From positions 1-43,119 of the forward strand of contig CANRIY010000001.1 of assembly GCA_947630775.1 (NCBI GenBank): a stretch of DNA of 43,119 nucleotides. The letters run 5' to 3'. Both the position numbers and the translations under genes were made by a program. This document shows positions 8,401 through 14,558 of this stretch, one piece after another (within the stretch, counting starts at the first letter, position 1; the number at the start of each line of letters is the position of its first letter). This DNA is from an uncultured Clostridia bacterium (lineage in GTDB: Bacteria; Bacillota; Clostridia; Christensenellales; Borkfalkiaceae). A model generated the notes under the pieces. The model made no database searches. It saw only the letters and a list, made by a program, of their open reading frames with translations, and was not told the origin of the DNA.

Positions 8401-10604
8401 GTGACGGTGACTTCCGCCGCGGTCGCGGTCATGGTCTTTGCGGATCTGTCGACAGTGGCGATATAAGCCTTTGTCTCTTCTCCCGCCGTCACAATGAGGT
8501 CGAGGGTATTCTCGGTGCCTGTGATCGTGTAGGTGCCCGTGCCGCCGTTGTCGGTCGTCAACGTTCCGAAACCGGAAAGGGTGACTTTGCCGAGGGTCGC
8601 GTCGGTATATACGCCTTCGTAGCCGTCGAGCGCGACCATCGTCGTGCCGTTATAGCCGAGGCTCGCGAGCGTCTCTGCGCCCTTCTTGATGTAGAGCACA
8701 GGGGCATGGTAGCATTCCTCCGCCTTGACTTCTGCGCCTGCAAGGTCGGTAAACTCAACGCCGAAGGTAACAACACCGTTGAGGATCACGGCGTGGACCG
8801 TCTTGGGCTCCCCATCCACCTTATATGTATAGCTGATGGCGACGCCGTAATTTGCCTTACCCGTGCCCCAAGAGGACAGAGCGACCGTGATATCCGTACC
8901 CGACTTGCTATAAGCCCCATAGGGCGAGACGAGCTCAAAATAAGTCAAATCGTCAATACGAGGCATGATGATGATCCCCGATACGAAATCAACATACGCC
9001 GTTACCGTCTTAGTTTCCCCATTCTCGTAGTCAATACTGCCGTCTTCGGCCGTCGTTCCGTCGATTGAGATGATCTCGATCTTGCCCGTCTTGGGATCTA
9101 CCATGCGGAACTGATATTGATCGCCTGTATTGAACGGAGAGCCTGCCCCGACCCCGACGCCGTTGGCGTCAAGAGTGATCGAGTTATTCCAAGTATCCGT
9201 GATACCGGGAACACCGTTTTTCACGGTGTCATCGTCATCATTGTAGATCTCGACTGCAATGCCGCCGTAATACGTCTTGCTGTCGTAAGGGGCGACAAGT
9301 TTTTCGGTCTCCACCGTGAATGTGCCGTATTCCGAGGTATAGACTTTGTTGCCCTTCCCGTTATAGCTGGAATGATCCTCGCATGTCCAAACGGAATCAT
9401 CCGTCAATTTGGGAACGGATTTTTCTTCTTTTTCGGTGCAGCCGCTCAAGGTGCAGGAATGAACTGCGGTAGCCCCCGTTTGCTCGGTAGGCTCTACGCC
9501 GTCTTTCCATGTCCATGCGCCCCACTGATGATCGCCCACCTTGTCAAGTTTCACTTCCACTTCGCCGTATTCGGAAGTGTAGACATCCTTCCCTTCCGCG
9601 GTGTGCGTTGCGGCCTGCGACTTCGTCGCATCCTTCGTCCAGACGGTAGCGTCGCTGAGGTTGGGAACGTCGTTCTTGGTATCTTTGACGGTGTCATGCG
9701 CCGTGCAGGTGCGCTCCGCCGTGCCGGTTTCCGTAAGCGTGGGCTCTTTGGTGAGCGTCCAAGGGCCCCATGTATGCTCGTCGGCCTTTTCGGGAACCTC
9801 GACTTCCACGGTGCCGTACTCGGACTTGTAGACATCGGTACCCTTCGCGGTGTGCGTGGGAGCCTTGGAAGCCTCTTCGTCCTTCGTCCAGACATCTGTA
9901 TCGGTGAGGTTGGAGACGGTCTTTTCTTCCGTCTCGGTGCAACCGCTCAAGGTGCAGGAACGAACTGCGGTAGCGCCTTCGGTCAACGTAGGCTCTTTGC
10001 CGTCCTTCCAGCTCCAGGAACTCCAGACATGTTCGCCCGTCTTTTCGAGCGTCACTTCCACTTCGCCGTATTCGGAAGTGTAAACATCTTTCCCTTCCGC
10101 GGTGTGCGATGCGGGCGTGGAATTCTCTTCGTCCTTCGTCCAGACGGAAGCGTCGCTGAGGGCGGGAACGTCGTTCTTGACGTCCTTGACATCGCTATGC
10201 ACCGTGCAGGCGCGCTCCGCCGTGCCGACTTCCGTGAGCGTGGGCTTTTTGGTGAGCGTCCAAGGGCCGTAAGTGTGCTCGGCAAGTTTTGCGGAAGGCA
10301 CATCTACGCTGCCGTACGACGAGGTGTAGGTATCGACGCCTTCTGCTGCGTGCGTCGCGGGGGTCTTGACGCTCTTTGTCCAAAGCGCGTCGGTGAGTGC
10401 GGGGATGTCGACTTCTTCGGAAAAGTCGTCTTCCGTGCACTTGTGCGTTGCCTTACCGCCCGTCTCCAACGTCGGCTGAACGGTGATCGTCCAGTCGCCG
10501 AAGGAGTGTTCGTGCTCATCGCCGCCGCACGCCGCGGCGCCGCAGACCGCAGCGACCAGCATGCAGAGCATTGCGATAAGGGCAAGTACTCTCCTTTTTT
10601 TCAT
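2496..10604 (-). CDS. Giant modular surface lipoprotein (2,702 aa): 5 His/Trp/Cys repeats, 5 supermodules each ending in two InlB B-repeats (Listeria-Bacteroides repeat, Flg_new), and a C-terminal 128-aa beta-sandwich-like domain
   Basis: The ORF 2496..10661 is open, but I prefer the ATG at 10604 (MKKRRVLALIAMLCMLVAAVCGAAAC/GG), which has AAGGAG 8 nt upstream. I count ten F.GWY...LYAKW-type B-repeats, arranged in five pairs. The motif [YN]EG.YT...TLDG.G...GTY...Y..TLDK occurs five times. The C-terminal domain (MDEPYTVESVNLDY...VSNFKLA) maps to 2499-2882. Confidence 0.9.
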   Translation of the reverse strand: MKKRRVLALIAMLCMLVAAVCGAAACGGDEHEHSFGDWTITVQPTLETGGKATHKCTEDDFSEEVDIPALTDALWTKSVKTPATHAAEGVDTYTSSYGSVDVPSAKLAEHTYGPWTLTKKPTLTEVGTAERACTVHSDVKDVKNDVPALSDASVWTKDEENSTPASHTAEGKDVYTSEYGEVEVTLEKTGEHVWSSWSWKDGKEPTLTEGATAVRSCTLSGCTETEEKTVSNLTDTDVWTKDEEASKAPTHTAKGTDVYKSEYGTVEVEVPEKADEHTWGPWTLTKEPTLTETGTAERTCTAHDTVKDTKNDVPNLSDATVWTKDATKSQAATHTAEGKDVYTSEYGEVEVKLDKVGDHQWGAWTWKDGVEPTEQTGATAVHSCTLSGCTEKEEKSVPKLTDDSVWTCEDHSSYNGKGNKVYTSEYGTFTVETEKLVAPYDSKTYYGGIAVEIYNDDDDTVKNGVPGITDTWNNSITLDANGVGVGAGSPFNTGDQYQFRMVDPKTGKIEIISIDGTTAEDGSIDYENGETKTVTAYVDFVSGIIIMPRIDDLTYFELVSPYGAYSKSGTDITVALSSWGTGKANYGVAISYTYKVDGEPKTVHAVILNGVVTFGVEFTDLAGAEVKAEECYHAPVLYIKKGAETLASLGYNGTTMVALDGYEGVYTDATLGKVTLSGFGTLTTDNGGTGTYTITGTENTLDLIVTAGEETKAYIATVDRSAKTMTATAAEVTVTFEMKGHGSQNAKKGYKNVEMQLPEPVDETGAYLFRGWYTDDALETPVSDPFKPAGDTVLYAKWVEKITVKVFPDPDGEQSEDLEVGVGDNILESLKKFPTDAQGDRMFMGWQMKQGETVRNLADYPDTKYASGNNNALELHSVWEEIPYVGTFNGSEIWNAGSGGSGGITITITADGKISGDKEGTVVDYNKETQLITWTDASGSNNYFFFDEASGVLAYNYGDSVRQYLSNDMYVLSKYAATDGKIANKYGVQATSKHDDSRNYYAQFVEIETKTGKKTVFFYETIICSDVTVTDAFGSAIDSINSLKASKSVVVKDSKGNVLLGVASQGESFEKKSDTVDLDALLGTYTKEGADDLTLDGVGNLKLGEKTGTYEKTAEDNKIDAYVAEGDTIVYYEVTLSGTTYESTKVMVDLTFNYGLVTDPEGKPATTSYNKNIETVLPDLTDPSGVYLFRGWYSDEAFGSELNKDGNGHYVYKPTGAATLYAKWVKKVTIHVHLGDGETLPEGTLGEDGTITAYGQGEEVTLARPVKDGGKFEGWYTDELHEHAWGELGEDGLTTVTLGTDITELHLYPKWGEAPIYSHYYYAYEIGGTNANGGHFTSTSTDDSHKVDIDPDGNGVASSISPFRGNLKIEWVDEGSYKLKFVTDGSFSSTYYAYIDPISKLIIMNSTSDYNGQEAAEKFDEVYLLSYMEKEGGFIASHIRSSYWNEGMSRVISYTPEDGQTYNIFVHNNKVYFNVSFKDGLDDSAADVNADTAYQASKLYIFDSEGEEIARFGHNGTTMVELDGNEGTYTLSGDNVDDLPTTLTLNGVATAKFGEDKDGSYVVVSDGVVGIYLDGKYYEATLDKTSAKTYTITKPMLSVTFTSEQGLAYGDGQTLANGDYNKNIEVHIPALKDTDTHVFRGWYTTADFRGDPLRSDEDGYLFTPEGNGAITLYAKWLEKVTITVHYGENLEDKTFTYGKGEAGYPEKPGYTNGKIWDGWYTDATDRTETHLWTEGTAVDGNLELWVNWTKANILYGEWQGKNVFGSSNGTGASNQTLSVTTKGATKGQFTATFQSYDSATGRVIFVASSKYYYGLFDETSGILVVNYNSTESAEFVINSDINVFMKNVFNVPNNLGLTESYKNRVFTINDINVLIYNNALYANVTYKAADGTVINAADLSNKTEFKIYNSSDEFIVGFAKQSGDWISLDGYEGDYTKGSGDIDLGTITLDGHGGVTGADSKKGTYLLVSGQEYTAELTYDGAFYLVTLDKDAKHYSATQPMVSVTFSSAQGFGYDENQTWGETQSFNKNAQFVIPALDDTDEYVFRGWYTDEECSTGKLSTNGDGDYVYTPTEDGITLYAKWLKKVTVHVDYQKEGVENYDLVLGEGEEATPKEPPFTDGQVFKAWHLGTADGDVWTSGTEVSEDITLYCEWQGAHALYGEWAGKEYDSSTASGGNEDAGSSTTLNVDAYGKISGDYSRVSGTIKNYDPATGKFTLESGYSGTYYFAADAKNGVLIAPWSANQPTGNDWYVLVNKAKSATVTFGDNSYWKGAENGSVRLIEVTLDSDEKMIIYISDGRVWGNVSFVATDAEGNAVALNDVYKDAQTIVIRDSEGEIIEGWKRGDSGLEKSVADGYEGEYTVEGGTITLDGFGGIKTDINGAQKSGTYEAPAEGSAYTFDVYLENGTETYELTVNKGSETKSATLTAAKVTISFTIKESNTSLTQASMTVYKNVSVELPTTANETEIIAGWYVDEACTETPVTLVDGKYIPTASITLYAKAVQKITVTIHWGEHGANANGTTALYFPLNAVPDLTAYKPSPDGNWIFEGWYNEAEYSTQYVPAALTQNIDVYCKWMDEPYTVESVNLDYNKGNWTETEAGNGVWKVEGQGSQNKAALKITFKASGTFTFNFECSITDTSEDFLAYGVNPSNPSTVWSTYNARLFGSGTKSVTVKAGDVLYIGYYNFTSASSSDYAQVSNFKLA
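9291..10514 (-). repeat. Five in-frame tandem repeats of 79-85 aa (A-B-C-B'-C' pattern) at the N-terminus of the giant lipoprotein
   Basis: The repeats start HEHSFGDW, HTYGPW, HVWSSW, HTWGPW and HQWGAW. Each ends in a YTSEYG.VEV-like motif. The B/B' and C/C' pairs are near-identical. At DNA level, cacttccacttcgccgtattcggaagtgta recurs at 9552 and 10053, an offset of 501 bp (167 aa). Confidence 0.9.
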
Positions 10605-10707
10605 AATACAACTCCTTATAAAAAGATTTTCGAATTTATCGTGACGGGTAGAGCATGTCACACTTTTCCGCGCTGAAAGACGCTATCCGTTTCGACACTG
10701 ATTTGGA

Positions 10708-13700
10708 TCAATCTTCGAGGAAGGTGATCCCGCTTGAGGCATTGCCCCAAACAATGCGCGCATGGCGTTCGCTGCCGTCCTGCGCCGTGATGGTATAGGT
10801 CCCGTCTTCCTGTTCGGCGACGGTAACAACTTCGCCTGCCGCCTTGTCGCTCGTAGCGGCGACAAAGACGGTATTGTTGCCTGAAACAAACTTGCGGAGC
10901 ACATACCCGCCCGTCCCTGCAACGGAAGCCGAACCGCCGACCACAAAGTAATCGGAATAGTGGAGAGCGCCCGCGCAATCCACGCGGATGATGCCGTCCG
11001 CAAGGACTGTCCCCTTCGCGCCCACATAACTGCCGTTTTCGTTATAGGCCTTGAGGATAAAAGAGCGGTTGTCCTCGGAAATCGTATACGTGCCGCTGAA
11101 CGTCACCGCTTCCGACGAGAGGTATGCTCTGCCGTACACGTCGAGACGGAGCGAGAAGCCCGTGCCGTTGAGCACGCCCGCCCCATAGTTGACGGCAAGA
11201 GGATTGCCCTGATAGACCGAGGTGAACGTCTGGATCGCATAGCTGGATTCGACTTCTTCGCCCCCCACCGTGACCTTGACGGTGAAGAGATAGAATCCCG
11301 CCTGATCGAAATTGACACAGTCCATGTTGATGAGCTTGCCCTTCTCTTCCGTGGAGAGCGGCCCGTCCTTGGTCGTGATGCTCACGCCCTCGATGATCTG
11401 GTTGCGTCCTGTGCACATCGTCACATTGACCTTGACGATCGCGCCGTCGGTGATGAGCTCGTTCTCGAAATCTTCACCCGAGAAAATGTCGTCTTTGGAG
11501 CTCTTCGCCGTAAGGACGTTCAGAAGGTGGGCAACGTAGAAGGTCGCCTCGTAGCCGTAGGCGTACTTCGGGTCGTAAGTTTGGAATCCGAGATGAAGTT
11601 CCCCGTTTGTCACGGTATAGGTGACTTCCGTGCTCGAGTATTTCGAAGTGCTGTAATTTTCGTAGAAGTTCCCCGTTCCGTATCCGTCAAGGAAGAGAAG
11701 CATGTCTCCCCTGCGGTAGACGCCGTAGACGCTGTCGCGCTCTTCGAGCGTGAACGTCCCCTTCTCGGTGTCCAGTGTGAACAGATAGGAATAGGTGCCG
11801 TATTTTTCGGTGTTGAGCCCATAGAGGTGCACTTTGCCGTCTTCACGCTCGCCGCCGTGCTTCATATTGCTGAGGTCGTTGGGAAGGACCTGTAATACAA
11901 GATCGGTTCCGACATAGAGCTCATACCAATTAGAAGATGTGACCTTGAGCGACGCCTCTTTGCCGTCGATGCTCCCCGCAAAAGTCATGTTACGGTAAGG
12001 CTGCGTATTGACGGTGACGATCTTTCCCGTCGAGGCGTCCTGCATCGTGAAATGATACGTCGTTCCGTTGAAAATGATCGTGTTTTGTGCGCCGATCTCC
12101 TTGGAATAGTCGCCGTCAAAGGTCACTTCCCCCCATTCGACCGCATAGGACGTGTTGGAAGAAAGGTTTTCGAGCACCTTGATATAGAGCGCATACCAAA
12201 GTTCGCTGTCATCCGTTTTCGACTTCAAACGGGTGATATCCATGGAGAAGCGCCCCGCATAGTGCGTTTGCAGGATATGAGAAGAACCATCGTTGACGGT
12301 AAGTTTCTCCTGCATCTCCCAAAGATCTGAATGGAAGTAGACGAGCGGGCGGACGGAGTCGCTGTATTTCAAGCGGATGGAATTGTCGACTTCGAGCACC
12401 ACAATGCCATCCTGATAGTGGAGCGTATAATCCCTGCCTGCACCGCCCGAACCCGTATGGAGAAGCATGGTGTTCTCGTCGATGCCCGTGACCGAATAGA
12501 CGCTGATCCCGTTAAAACGGATGGTGCCGTCCGCATTGATCTTGAGGGCGCCGAGGGGCGTCGGAGCCGTTTCGGCAATGGGCATGACGGAAGACAGAGA
12601 CGCCAAGTCGGAATCATATTCGCCCCACTCGCCGTAGTCGCCGCCCCAGCCGCCTTCTCCTTCGTCGTCATCCTCTTCCTCGACGGGGATCGTCGTGAGA
12701 GAGGTCCTGTAGTCGCCGATCAGGTCGCGCCTGTAAACGACGACTTTGCTCTCGGCAGTGAGTCCCTTATAGTCGATCGTGACGATATAGACGCCCGTCG
12801 TGAAAGTGTCGACCTTCCCGCTGATGTATTCCTGTATGTCTTCGACAATTTCGCCGTTTTCGGTGACGGTGAAGAGGTCTCTCGTGTACAACGTTTCGCC
12901 CACGAAGGCGATGCTGTCCTTTACCTCGATGACGATCTCCGTCTCGACTTGCAGGTCATACTCTACTTCGACGGGATCCTTGTCGGGCCCGTTCACATAG
13001 ACATTGATCCGCACCGTCTGCACTTCGGGAGAGGAGAAATCGATCTCCGTGAGCACCTCATAGTAGATGCTGAGTGCGTTGGCGTAGTCTCTGGTCGGCG
13101 TAAATCCACGGTCCGATCCATTGATCGCGAGCGACAGATTTTTAGAGAAATTGTAAGAGGTCGTGCCCTTAGGAAGCTTGACGAGCGCCTCTTTCACCGA
13201 GAGTTCGTAATCCGCCGCAACGACGACATATTTGATCGTTTTAGTAATATGTTGCGGTTCGGGGAATTCGAACGGGAAGCTGTCTGTGCTGCCCGGCTGA
13301 TCGCCATAGTCGATCGTGAGCGTCACTTCATACGTCCCCTCTTCCCCGAAGTTGACATCCGAAAGATCGAAGCAGGAATCGGGAATGCGGAGATACCGCG
13401 CGCCGTTGATCACGACGATGAAGTCGTCCGCAAAGGGATACGTTTCCATATCCGTGCCGACCTTGATCTGCACGGCGTCGGAATGCGCGTAATCGATGAT
13501 GACGCCCATTCTGACCGTGACGACCGCCGTCGCGCTCTTGCCGCCGTACGTCAAAACAATTTCGTTCGTGCCCGCCTTGGAGTAGTCGATGGTACCCGAA
13601 ATCATGTCGATGGTGACGGGGATGACCTCGCCGCCCTCCGTGATGGTGAAGAGCGTCGTGAGGTCGATTTCCTCCGCGTTGGGGTAAGTATCGATATTCT

Positions 13701-14532
13701 TCGGCGTGATGACGATCTCCTGCGCCTCGGTGACCGAAACGGTCACGCTCTTTGCCGCAGTGATCCCGTTTGCCGAATAGTTCAGCGTAACGGTGAATGT
13801 GTCGCCCGCTTCGGCCCCTTCGAGCCCTTCGACCGTGAGCATCTCCTCCTTCACCTCAACGGCAACACCGTCGACATAGAGGGAGAAGAGCGAGGTCGGA
13901 TCGAAGTTTTCAAGCGCGTTCACGGGAACTTCGGGATGTTCGCAGGAGAGGACGACCTCGACGTCATGATCGGCCACGACATGGACCGTAAGGGTCATGC
14001 TGTCGCCGTGGTAGTTGACCGTAACGGTATAGTCGCCAACCTCCGCTTTGACGGTGCTTTCCACCATATCCTGCGTGATCGTATCCCTCTCGCCGTCCTT
14101 ATGCGCTTCGAAATACTTTGTAAAGTCCGTTTCCGCCACCGCGGAAACTTTGAGCGTGACTTCCTCCGTCAAAAGAGAGAGCCGATAAGCCGTCGCAACG
14201 ACCGTCACGGATGAGCTTGCGCTCTTTCCTTCATAGTTACATGTGACCGTATACGTCCCCGCCGCCGTGCTGAGGGCGGAAAGGTCGAGATAAGACGCCA
14301 GAACGTCCTGTTCCTCGCCGTTTACGGTGATCCTGAAGAGGCTCGTATAGTCATAAGACGAGACCTCTTCATCCTTGATCATAATACTGCTTTTGATAGC
14401 AGAGACAACTACTTCTTTTTCTTCCTGTCCGTCTCCGCCGCCCTGTTCATTCACGGGGTCTCCCCCGCAGGCGGAAAATACGAGAGCAAGCATGACGCAC
14501 AGAAGAGACAGAAGTTTTATAAGGCGTTTCAT
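10708..14532 (-). CDS. Surface lipoprotein (1,274 aa): about 7 bacterial Ig-like repeats, an acidic W/G/E linker, and a C-terminal region of about 650 aa of unknown fold
   Basis: The signal peptide is MKRLIKLLSLLCVMLALVFSAC/GGD, and AAGGAGG lies upstream of the ATG at 14532. Ig-like units end in G.Y.VT..Y.G.....V.V, for example TYTVTCNYEGKSASSSVTVV, DYTVTVNYHGDSMTLTVHVV and VYIVTIDYKGLTAESKVVVY. The linker is EEEDDDEGEGGWGGDYGEWGEYDSD. The C-terminal part carries LFLDGYGTGNF and GTYTI motifs like those in the giant protein. Confidence 0.88.
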   Translation of the reverse strand: MKRLIKLLSLLCVMLALVFSACGGDPVNEQGGGDGQEEKEVVVSAIKSSIMIKDEEVSSYDYTSLFRITVNGEEQDVLASYLDLSALSTAAGTYTVTCNYEGKSASSSVTVVATAYRLSLLTEEVTLKVSAVAETDFTKYFEAHKDGERDTITQDMVESTVKAEVGDYTVTVNYHGDSMTLTVHVVADHDVEVVLSCEHPEVPVNALENFDPTSLFSLYVDGVAVEVKEEMLTVEGLEGAEAGDTFTVTLNYSANGITAAKSVTVSVTEAQEIVITPKNIDTYPNAEEIDLTTLFTITEGGEVIPVTIDMISGTIDYSKAGTNEIVLTYGGKSATAVVTVRMGVIIDYAHSDAVQIKVGTDMETYPFADDFIVVINGARYLRIPDSCFDLSDVNFGEEGTYEVTLTIDYGDQPGSTDSFPFEFPEPQHITKTIKYVVVAADYELSVKEALVKLPKGTTSYNFSKNLSLAINGSDRGFTPTRDYANALSIYYEVLTEIDFSSPEVQTVRINVYVNGPDKDPVEVEYDLQVETEIVIEVKDSIAFVGETLYTRDLFTVTENGEIVEDIQEYISGKVDTFTTGVYIVTIDYKGLTAESKVVVYRRDLIGDYRTSLTTIPVEEEDDDEGEGGWGGDYGEWGEYDSDLASLSSVMPIAETAPTPLGALKINADGTIRFNGISVYSVTGIDENTMLLHTGSGGAGRDYTLHYQDGIVVLEVDNSIRLKYSDSVRPLVYFHSDLWEMQEKLTVNDGSSHILQTHYAGRFSMDITRLKSKTDDSELWYALYIKVLENLSSNTSYAVEWGEVTFDGDYSKEIGAQNTIIFNGTTYHFTMQDASTGKIVTVNTQPYRNMTFAGSIDGKEASLKVTSSNWYELYVGTDLVLQVLPNDLSNMKHGGEREDGKVHLYGLNTEKYGTYSYLFTLDTEKGTFTLEERDSVYGVYRRGDMLLFLDGYGTGNFYENYSTSKYSSTEVTYTVTNGELHLGFQTYDPKYAYGYEATFYVAHLLNVLTAKSSKDDIFSGEDFENELITDGAIVKVNVTMCTGRNQIIEGVSITTKDGPLSTEEKGKLINMDCVNFDQAGFYLFTVKVTVGGEEVESSYAIQTFTSVYQGNPLAVNYGAGVLNGTGFSLRLDVYGRAYLSSEAVTFSGTYTISEDNRSFILKAYNENGSYVGAKGTVLADGIIRVDCAGALHYSDYFVVGGSASVAGTGGYVLRKFVSGNNTVFVAATSDKAAGEVVTVAEQEDGTYTITAQDGSERHARIVWGNASSGITFLED

Positions 14533-14558
14533 GGGCTTGCCTCCTTAGTCCGGATAAA

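Noticed and set aside
10595-10601. A7 tracts lie directly after the ATG of the giant gene, with a similar one at 1815-1821 in the beta-helix gene. I considered them as slipped-strand phase-variation switches.
   Set aside because: They are simply Lys-Lys(-Arg) codons of the signal-peptide n-region. Seven nucleotides is shorter than typical phase-variable homopolymers. This is untestable from a single sequence.
10605-10661. The ORF track gives upstream-extended starts for three genes: 10661 for the giant gene, 19540 for the 794-aa gene and 36432 for the 455-aa gene.
   Set aside because: The extensions (MTCSTRHDKFENLFIRSCI, MMRHEKNNLSAAPVRRSNRRKT, MRQREVI) precede a classic MKK/MKR lipoprotein signal. 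The internal ATGs at 10604, 19474 and 36411 each have a well-spaced AGGAG-type RBS.
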